DNA from: Botryllus schlosseri
Lineage: Eukaryota
Reading direction: 5' to 3'
Assembly: GCA_051294905.1 (NCBI GenBank)
Contig: CM119376.1
Coordinates: 25,234,001-25,298,000, forward strand
Length of the DNA: 64,000 bases
Under the pieces are notes generated by a model, which worked only from the letters and a program-made list of their open reading frames with translations, was not told the DNA's origin and ran no database searches. This document shows positions 1 through 9,400 of this stretch, in pieces (the first letter of the stretch is position 1; each line of letters opens with the position of its first letter). The position numbers and the translations under genes were made by a program.

Positions 1-159
1 ATGACTCGAGTACAAGTCGAGTCATTCCAAATATTGACTCGAGTCGAGTCGAGTCATTTTCCCATTTCAAGAAAATGACTCGAGTCAAGTCGAGTCACAA
101 AAAAATCGTGACTCGAGTCTGACTCGAGTCGAGTCATGACTCGAGTCATTACAACCCTG
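1..159. mobile_element. Right end of a non-autonomous DNA transposon (hAT-like MITE) with GACTCGAGTC subterminal repeats, cut by the window edge
   Basis: About ten copies of GACTCGAGTC/GAGTCA, ending in ...GAGTCATTACAACCCTG (reverse complement CAGGGTTGTAATGACTC, a CAGGG-type terminus). The left end and TSD lie outside the window. Confidence 0.65.
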
Positions 160-303
160 CCCATATCCCGATAATCATCACGTCTCTGCATGCGGTAGAA
201 TTACTTAGTTTTGATATAGTCTAGCCTTGCACACATGCAAAATAGACATGGCCGAATCCAGCACCTGGACAAACATTGCGGTGGTGAAAGATAGATAATA
301 ATA

Positions 304-421
304 ACCTATGCGGAAGGGGGGTCTGGGGGTCGGAGCCCCCCAGAAGTTACGGATAGATACTTATAGGGGGCCCCCCGGTAAGTCTCGCCCAGCCCCCCCC
401 CCCCCCCCCGTTCGTAGGGCC
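304..421. repeat. Short GC-rich MITE-like fragment with imperfect inverted ends
   Basis: CCTATGCGGAAGGGGGG at the left and CCCCCCGTTCGTAGGG at the right are imperfect inverted repeats. No TSD recognised. Confidence 0.4.
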
Positions 422-574
422 ACCACTCTATGTGGGTTATGAGACAATGGGGTGGGTGCCTACCCCAAAAACTTGACGTGATAGAGAAAAACGGGAGTCA
501 TTTTTTTAATTCAGCGCCCAAAAGTTAGTCTGATCAAAGTCAACAAAAATTGTGTTTACCAGTGCAATAGGTAA

Positions 575-680
575 ATCGCGAGGATCGCGGAAAAATTTCA
601 GTAAACTACGGCTTCGCGCCCCCTTCACGTGCCTCCACACCCCCAAGGGGAGTCGCGCTCCCCCAGTTTGAGAACCACTG
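575..680. mobile_element. Right end of a CAGTGGTTCTCAAAC-type hAT MITE (left end not found)
   Basis: Ends GTTTGAGAACCACTG at 680, the same terminus type as the complete elements at 28182 and 35789. The start coordinate is approximate. Confidence 0.5.
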
Positions 681-1296
681 CTCAAGTCACATCGCATCAA
701 ATAGGCCTTTTGCACGACTTCGATCACGTGACTAGATACGCATAGCAACCACATATTGGTTAGCAAGCTACATTCTCGCGCACCTGCTTCAGTGCTAAAT
801 ATCGCATAGTGTACTGTTGATTTCTGGTTGTAAACGTTTCGGAAATTTGTTGTAGAAGTCATCAGAGATTCACCTATGCTAGATGTCAATCCTCGAATAT
901 GGTGAATACAGAGCACAGCTGCGCCCTCTAGGGAGCAGTCGTTCAATGTTTGCATCACCGATTTGCCTCAGTGACCCGTGATTGCGCAATCGTCGTCGCT
1001 GCTCAGAGCTCAGAGCAAGACCTGCTATACAGGATTCAGAGAATAAGCTGCAGAACTACAGATGCACCTGCACACTGCAGATCCTTCTTTGAGGCGGCTG
1101 TATAGGCTTTGAAGTCAAAACAGACAGGGAACGATGCGTTTCCAACAGACTTATTCTGAAAAAAAATCACTAAAATGCATGCAGATTAGAGGGTGCATTT
1201 CTGACGACTTGAGATCTTTCTGCATAATGACAGTGAAAGCTTAGTGACATTTTCGTGCTATGAGTCAGGCATCAGAGGCTTAGATTCGTCATTAAT

Positions 1297-1431
1297 TGTA
1301 GTAGCGTGACTGACGGTCTGTCTAATATACGAGACGTGAGTCCTCAAGCAGCCATGTATTCAGTGACGACCAAGCACCGAAGCACCTGCGATGTCGTCAC
1401 ACCCTAGTGGCGCCATAGAGCTACCACTACA
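1297..1431 (-). repeat. 3' LTR (135 bp)
   Basis: Identical to 2923-3057. Abuts the polypurine tract at 1432-1446 (minus strand TCCCGAGAAGGGAGA). Confidence 0.97.
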
Positions 1432-1615
1432 TCTCCCTTCTCGGGACAAGCACAAATGCTTATAAGCAGCACAAACATATACAACGCAAGCACAGAATGA
1501 AGACAATAAACAATCCGAATTGAGGCAGTTAGCGGTACAAAGGTATGAAGCAATTGGCAGGCAAGAGGTGAATGAAGAACACAACATATTTACACACACT
1601 ACTCCTATAACAACA

Positions 1616-2869
1616 TCAGTACTCCTCGATGTATCTGCGAGGTGCGGTTCTGTTCCGATCCGACCGTCGGACTATCGCCGCCTCATGATGGTCCTCACGA
1701 TTGACACTAGTAGCGCTCGAACTGCTATCTCCTCCCTGATCGGGAAATTTGAAGAATTCAGCTGCCTCACTGGTGGTAATGTCGACGCCTTCTTGCGGGG
1801 CATTCTCCGTCTGGTATCTCCGCACCATTCGGCGATTTCTTCTGAAGGTGCCACGCCCAGTTCTGATAACCAAGGATCTGGGTTGAGTGTCAAGTTTTTC
1901 CACAACACCTTGCGATTTGCAGTCCGGAATCCAGACGCGATCTCCCACCTTGAACTCATCTCCAGGTACTACTCTGTGTCTTTTGTTGTAATCACGAGTA
2001 ACTCTGCGTCGGTAATCTGCTTCAGCTTTCTTCACGGCGGTTCGGTCGACAGACTTGGGCAGAAGATCGTCTGGATGACACGGTACTCTTGTTCTTAGTT
2101 TGCGGCCCATGCTCAATTCTGCCGGCGAGTAGCCGATAGCCAATGGCGTGTTGCGGTATGTGAGTAGCGCCAGATATTCATCGTCACATTTTCGCAGAAG
2201 GTTTTTGATGGTCTGAACGGCACGCTCAGCCTCCGAGTTCCCCTGTGGATATCTAGGTGAGGACATGATATGTTCAATTTTCCAGCTTTCGCAAAATGAC
2301 GCAAAGTCGCGGGAAGAGAACATAGGTGCTCCATCGGTGACCAAAGTCTCGCAGATGCCATGCCTACTGAAAATCTTCTTGAATTTCAGAATCGTCTCTG
2401 CTGCGTTCACTGTTTTGGAGACTACGCAAATCTCAATGTCCCTGGAGTAGTAGTCAACGGCTAGCAGGTACATGGAATTCTGGTATTGAAAGAAGTCGGC
2501 ACCAACACGTTTCAAGAATAGCCAAAACTTCCTTCGCATTCTGAAGCGATCATCACGAAGCTCAAAGCACGCATCAAATTTGTCAATGACTAGTTTGTAG
2601 TCATTTTTATCCTCAGCAGGAATGTCTTGATCATTTTCTCGTCGAGCAGGAAGCCACGTGAGATTCTTATAAATTGACTTTCCCTCCGGACCAATAAGAC
2701 TCAGGAGGTGTCCTACCTTGACGCAGTCATCCTTTTGTGATAATTCTGCAGCACAGAGATACGTTTCAAAGTCTTCCTTCCAATCAACCCACGCTTGAGG
2801 CGGGTTGTTTCCAGCCAGTGATAATGGCTTCGGGTGCAGTCCTTGCAAGGCAGTATATCCACTAGCCAT
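1616..2869 (-). CDS. 417-aa Gag(N-terminal)-integrase fusion protein of the LTR element (K02A2.6-like/Mag type)
   Basis: aa 1-116 resemble Mag Gag (PKPLSL..AWVDWKEDFETYL..GHLLSLIGPEG..IY). From about aa 119 an integrase core: GADFF (D125), YLLAVDYYSR, LVTDGAPMFSS (D179), SSPRYPQGNSEAERAVQTIK (E215, D35E spacing), ALLTYRNTP, SPAELSMGRKLRT, and C-terminal FKVGDRVW. No PR, RT, RNaseH or HHCC motif. Confidence 0.93.
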   Translation of the reverse strand: MASGYTALQGLHPKPLSLAGNNPPQAWVDWKEDFETYLCAAELSQKDDCVKVGHLLSLIGPEGKSIYKNLTWLPARRENDQDIPAEDKNDYKLVIDKFDACFELRDDRFRMRRKFWLFLKRVGADFFQYQNSMYLLAVDYYSRDIEICVVSKTVNAAETILKFKKIFSRHGICETLVTDGAPMFSSRDFASFCESWKIEHIMSSPRYPQGNSEAERAVQTIKNLLRKCDDEYLALLTYRNTPLAIGYSPAELSMGRKLRTRVPCHPDDLLPKSVDRTAVKKAEADYRRRVTRDYNKRHRVVPGDEFKVGDRVWIPDCKSQGVVEKLDTQPRSLVIRTGRGTFRRNRRMVRRYQTENAPQEGVDITTSEAAEFFKFPDQGGDSSSSATSVNREDHHEAAIVRRSDRNRTAPRRYIEEY

Positions 2870-2911
2870 AATTCTGAGTAGCTAAGTAATTGCTATCAGC
2901 TGCATTTACAA

Positions 2912-2922
2912 CGCTGCCACCA
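2912..2922 (-). other. Primer-binding site, probably for tRNA-Leu
   Basis: Minus-strand TGGTGGCAGCG directly after the LTR is complementary to a tRNA 3' end ...CGCTGCCACCA. The Leu assignment is from recall of tRNA-Leu 3' ends. Confidence 0.75.
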
Positions 2923-3057
2923 TGTAGTAGCGTGACTGACGGTCTGTCTAATATACGAGACGTGAGTCCTCAAGCAGCCATGTATTCAGTGACGACCAAG
3001 CACCGAAGCACCTGCGATGTCGTCACACCCTAGTGGCGCCATAGAGCTACCACTACA
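2923..3057 (-). repeat. 5' LTR (135 bp)
   Basis: Identical to 1297-1431. Followed on the minus strand by the PBS. Confidence 0.97.
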
Positions 3058-3479
3058 TTAATGCCCTGCGGTATGCAGACTTTTGAAACCGCAGAATTAT
3101 TTTTTTTTCGGCATCACGGCAGTTGAGCATCGCCTGTATCAGTAGGCCAGACTCCAGAGTGGTATTGGTGACAAAGTCACGCACAACTTTCAGTTTGATT
3201 ACTTAACAACCACTATTTCTAGTCTGGTCAGTGGTATGCTACGATTCCTGAAAATTATTTTCCTAATATTATGTTATTTTGTTTTCTCCTTATGCAACAA
3301 CACCCATTTGTTGTCAGCACAGCAAAAAATGGGGATAACTGCACTAGCGATAGTGATAGATAAAGAGTGTGTGTGCGTAATGCAACCATGCTTTTTCAGT
3401 TACACCTGTATAACTATGATCATGTATAATTCATTTCCAGTTGATTTTACCTAAATAATTGAATACCTTAATCTTCAAT

Positions 3480-6400
3480 ATGTCGAAATCTGAGCAATCT
3501 TCGGCAGTCAAAACTACTAGGCCGACCTATAAACGTATGGGTCAACAGTTTGTGTCGGGTGGAGCCGCAGGTTTGTCGATTCTATAATACGGTAACTTGA
3601 ATTCGCGTACATATTTTATGCATATATATATTTGTTTTCAGGACTGGTGGAGATATGTTTGATGCATCCTCTCGATGTTGTCAAAACCAGGTATGGTCCC
3701 GCATTTCATTTCAATAGTGATACATTGAATTTTCTTCATCTATTCTCATGCTCCACTCGTGCTACTCAATCAACTCAACCATAATTTCCTGTTTGTGCTG
3801 TGTCTAATTTTATTTTCCAATAATGATAGCTTAGTGCCGCTATAATGATGGTAAAATGTAATATGCCTTAAATTGGTGAAGAAATACCCAATGTGAGATT
3901 GAAGCTCTGTTTCTGTGATGCTTTTTTATCATGAATGAGTATGTCATGATTTTATCTTCAGATTACATGTTCATTTGAGAACTTTGCAGCTCATTATTAA
4001 GATCACTATTGCTAGTTTGCTACTATTGGTAACCAATCATTATACATCATGATGGTATGAATACAATTATTAGTGTAAATTAGAATATTCAGAAGAGCAG
4101 TATAAAACTATATTTCCGACAGAATATGCATAATACTGGTGAATGATATTCTTGAAAGGAAAAAGATTTTATGTAATAATTTGTATATTATAATTCATCT
4201 TTATTGTTTCTGTAATTGAATGCATTCTCTCTCTCTACTATAAAGCATTGTACATTATATCAAACCATACTCTAGTCATTGAGATGAATCAGATCTTGCA
4301 TTATATATCTTGAACTCAATACTGTTGTCATTCGGCCGATTGCTTTGAGATCAGTCGAACTGACCTCGTGCTCCGGATGTTTTTCAATGACTTTTATTGG
4401 CTTATTTGTTTGCCAATGACAATCATAACTGGACAAATATTTACTCAGCATGAATTTACACATTTTCAACTTCAATGTTTGTATGCCCTCTGCAGTCTGC
4501 ATCAGTTGCAGTGTTGATGTTGTATTGAGCAAATGCTTTGCTAATTATTTAGGCTTCAATTCAAACTTCAGTATTGGTTACTCCATGTTTTATTGGTGGT
4601 TCGCCAGTATGTACCTAATGGTGCGTTTTGCATATTCTGTATGAAAATGAGACAAATTAACATTTGCTCAAGAGGATTTTTGTGAGGAATTACTTGAAAT
4701 CACAATGTGATACCAGCACAGGCCTTCTTATACCAATATTATCGATAGCAACAGCTGGCCAGTGAATGCTACCCAATCTTAGCCCTAAAGTTCCTACAAC
4801 TTTCATGACCATGACTGGTTCTTTTGATATAAATTTTGTTTATTTACTCAGTTGGGCTAGTGCCACAATTAATAAACCATGCGATTTATGGCATGATAAC
4901 AAAAAATTATTATGCTACGCTAGTAAATTCCGAATTTGTCACAGGTTTCAACTTCAAGGTGGAGCAAATGATCCAACCAGATATACTTCTGTGGCTCATT
5001 GCTTTCGTACCATGTATCGAACTGAAGGGTGAGACGTATTAAATTAAATCTCCGTGCAATTTTGTGATTATGTACGCTACTCAAGATACATTGAAGCTGT
5101 CTTAATTCAACCCTTTTGACGCAGGTTCCTATCATTTTATAAAGGAATTCTGCCTCCGATACTTGCTGAAACACCAAAACGCGCAGTAAAGGTCAGCATA
5201 TTCTCATTTCCTATTCAGCACTTTACATTCTCTAATCGATATGGTGTAACTCAGGAATGAGGTATTCCATTGAAACGTGTTAGATCTCGCCAACCCGTTG
5301 CTGTTATGCACAAGTCGTGGCTTTGTTGGTGCACAATGCCGCAAATGAGGGGACCATTAATCTGTTTTCAGTGAATTTGTATGTAGCAGTGGTTTTCAGG
5401 GTCAAAAGTACTTGTATTGAACCAATATACTTGAATAAAGATCATTTTGGAAACCTCTGAATCAAAATGCTTGATTTCATTCAAAAAACTTTAATAAACT
5501 TAAATCTGATGTAGCCTATATTATTGTCTCCACGTAGGTGTGCAACTGTGCATTGATCAGTATCCGTTGGAAAAAATAACATTCGCATCACTAGCACAGA
5601 ACATTGTGGCTGTCAAATGGTTATCGTTGGTGTTAGTTGTCAGAAGCTATTAACAATTAATTCAGACACTCAAACGTATCGTCACTCCTGTTGAATCTAT
5701 TTTAGTTGAGATATGTATCCACTTATTTGCAACTTCCAATTAGAGAGGTTTTCTTCTTCATCGAAATCAATAGTTGTACTTGAGTGGATTATCTACAACA
5801 CTTCCTCTGCACCTATTAGAGTACAGTTCTGCCGGGGACATGGTTCTACTTATTATTGACTGTGCTTTGATCAGCTCTGCTATGTTTCACATATACAATT
5901 GAGCGGAATGAAGAATTTGCATCAAATTTATGTATGTTTACCCCATTTTATGTTTCAGTTCTTCTTCTTTGAAAGATATCGGGAGCTGCTGAGTTTCGGA
6001 CAGCCATCGACGCCGTTGGTACGTTCTGGGTTTTCGCCATTTAACCCTATTGCATTCGCCGTTTCGTAACCTTGATATTTGTTTGGATACATATTTGATT
6101 TTTTTGTCAATAGGGAGTTTTACAACAGACATGTGACTTGAGCATGTGGTGGATCAAATCTCGCTCGTTATCATTGAACATGGCACTACTGGTGAATATC
6201 ACTATTATAGAACAATGTCATGCCGTTTGTCCTGTAACATTGTAGTGCGAGAGCCTGGAAATAATTGTGAAACCCGGCCTAGTACTAAAAGACGTATATC
6301 TAGCTGGATTCCATAGTGAGACGATTCCTAGTGATGCCATTCACTCTGTCTGTATGTAACCAATTGAAGACACCTCATGATTACAAAGGAGTCGAAACGA

Positions 6401-9400
6401 GTAGAAAGGAGTCAAACAGCTATCTTGGCCTTCAGATAACTATAAGATATTGCATACGCACTGAATGAAGTAACAGAAGAAAACATAAAGTGGACGCGCC
6501 ATACAAATCAAGTCATTCAAGTGCATTGAAACCAGTATGCCGGATCGTAGTGCAGTAATCTGTAGCGTAGGCTAGTATTTTTACACTGTTTTGTTTTGGA
6601 AATACGGATTAGGCCACTTTGAACTTTCATGCTCCGCGTCTGAATCACTACTAGCTACTTGTTTGCATTGTTCGCTATTCTGTACTGCGTTTATGCTTTT
6701 TCGTGACTTGTATGTATGTAATAAAGTTCATTTTTCTATTTGCTCAAGTTGGATTTTTTCGAACCCTAATCGTCCTTAGGTGGCGCAAGAGCACCACGCA
6801 ACAATCGAGTCACGATGGTGCGAATCAAATTTAGGATGTCGCTTATCCTAGTAGCGATAGCATGCTATCCGGTGTTTATAATCGGCAACGTGGTCACGAG
6901 TGGTGTGAACGCATGATGCAGCGCACAATGAGATGTTGGAATGCAAATCATTTTCGCCAAATACGATGGCAATTCGTGGTAAAACAGCCATTGTCGGGTG
7001 GCAAGCAACATAATTTGCGCGTACGCGGCCATTCAGTTCACGGCTATGGTTCGCATGACCAACGCATACGCGCCGACCCTACTAATCTGCAAGACAACAT
7101 AACTGCTGATTCTATCTCAAATATTATATCATCAACCGGTATCACGCTGTTGCGTTTCGGCCGAACTATACGAAGACACACTCGAAGGCGGCGAAGCCTC
7201 GCATTTCAAATTGGTAGTTAGCCACTGTAGATATAGACACTTGTAAGGGAACTAATACTGAACCGCCAGTATCACAACTATTTGCTGCGTTTCGCGGCGG
7301 CGTGGATACCGCTTCACTGAATTGCCAGGCCGCGTCTCATCGACCGTCTTTCGTCGCTTTCCAGGTCTACGCGGCAGCCGGTATGGGGTGCGGCCTGACA
7401 GAGGGCTTCGTCATCAATCCATTCGAACGGGTGAAAGTTCAGCTGCAGTCGGAAAGAAACGTCAAATTGGCGGAGGTATGGTCACGTGACCTTTTACCAA
7501 TGAATTTGGCATTAGAAATGTAGTAACAATAATTATTATGAAAGCAACGTAATAATACTGTATTGATGAATTGGAAATGAATGTTTCACTTAATGTGAGC
7601 GTGGGTTCTGATACACGACACTTGGCGAATTATTATAAATGTACCGACTATAATTATTAAGCGATGCGTTACTACTGTATTAATACATACGGAAATGAAT
7701 GTTTCACTGAATATAAGCTAGAATTGTGATGTGATAACTAACTATTATTAAAGCGGTGCAATAATACTGTATTGATTAATTCGAGAATCAATATTCTAAT
7801 TTCCATTTCTGAAAATGCTACAAGAGAACTGTATAGTAGAGCTCTTCAAAAATGACTTTTTTTCACAAATCGTACTGGCTACTTGATAAAATTGTTAGGT
7901 TACCTCATTTAAGCATACACACAAAATTTGGTTCAATTCCAGCCAGTAACCGCTTTGCTACAGGAGAAGAAAGTTTCTATTTATTATATAAAAATGAATA
8001 ATAACAAATTTGAAAATTTTCTGTTCACCCCATGAAAATGTTAGGCTGTCTATAGAAACGATCCTCACCAAATTTGTATCAATTCCAACCAGTGGAAGCG
8101 GAGTTATTACCGTTGAAAAATTTTGATTTGAATAAAATAGTATTTACGGTGAGCACAACTATAATAAATAAACAAAGAATCGGTCACCGTAAATACTATT
8201 TTATTCAAATCCAAATTTTTTAGACGCTCCGCTTTCATTGGTTGGAATTGAACCAAATTTGGTGAGCATCGTTTCTATAGACAGCCTAACACTTTCATGG
8301 GGTAAACAGAAAATTTTCAAATTTTTTATTATTTATTTTCATATAAAAAATAGAAACTTTCTTCTCCTGTAGCAAAGCGGTTACTGGCTGGAATCGAACC
8401 AAATGTTGTGTGTAGGCTTAAATTAGGTAATCTAACAATTTTATCAAGTAGCCAGTACGATTTGAGAAAAAAAGTCATTTTTGAAGAGCCCTACTGTATA
8501 GTGCGAAACGAGTCAAGCTTTGTGTGCAGACATTTGCTATTCCCATGCTTATGTGAATGAACTCTGTTTTGCTATGAACTGAACTTGAATTTTGTCGTGT
8601 GTCTTTCTAGTGCGGAATTAAATACGTTTTCCCAAGTTTTGGCGACTTCAGTAAGTCTAATTCTAATCTAAGAAAATTTACATTTGTCCAAACTGCCGCT
8701 AAGGGCCGATTTCAATATGGGGAATTCACTGGTAACATCGACGCGCCCTATGAGCCTGTTACGCAATTTGTGCGGCGTGCGAATATTTCCGATTTACGTC
8801 CCGTTTCCGAATCGGAAGCATAGTGAGATGTATCGCGGATCGTGCCGCCGTACTGAGAATAGCCTGTATCAATTTACCGGGAGCGTAACAAGCCCCCTTC
8901 CCCGCTTGGCTTAGCGTGAATAGACCTCGTCTCTAGTCGTTCGGATATTGCGAAAAGACGCCCCTCAGTAAAATATTGATGCGGTTTTACAAAGGTGCGC
9001 CTCTTTTGACGGTTTTGACTTTCATATTTCGGCTTTGTTATGTGTGCGATGACCTAAAAATATCGCGCGAGAAATTGCGTTGCGCAAATTGCCAGATGTG
9101 GTCAAATTAGTCAACGTTGGTGGTAGAGTAGAATTGGAAGTAAAGTTGCAAATTTCTACTCGAGTATAAGTAGAAGCAGCGATATCCGAATGACTAAAAA
9201 GTCTGGATTTTTGGGCCCTAGTTTTGCTTAAGTAACTGAAAACAATCGAGTAGAAGTGGAGGTAGTGGAGTAAGTGTTGCGAGTAGACAAAAATACTTGA
9301 GGACTGCGTTAAAGTAGAAATAGCTATTTCCGAGTAAGTACGCATAATAAAGTACGTCTCTGAAGCTTAGTTTTGACTATAAGACTGAAAATTGTCGAGT

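Larger units (their letters stand above)
1297..3057 (-). mobile_element. Complete but internally deleted Ty3/Gypsy (Mag-like) LTR retrotransposon, 1761 bp
   Basis: Two 135-bp LTRs (1297-1431, 2923-3057), identical base by base, with TGTAGT...ACTACA termini. 5-bp TSD TTAAT (1292-1296, 3058-3062). PBS TGGTGGCAGCG on the minus strand next to the 5' LTR. Polypurine tract next to the 3' LTR. One gag-integrase ORF. Confidence 0.97.

Noticed and set aside
506-958. 150-aa minus-strand ORF
   Set aside because: Runs through a MITE end; no domain similarity or splice support.
1520-2098. 192-aa plus-strand ORF
   Set aside because: Antisense shadow of the integrase ORF; no recognisable motif.
8684-8930. 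Possible PIF/Harbinger-like MITE (GTGAATAGACCT end)
   Set aside because: The left terminus matches poorly and no 3-bp TSD could be assigned.
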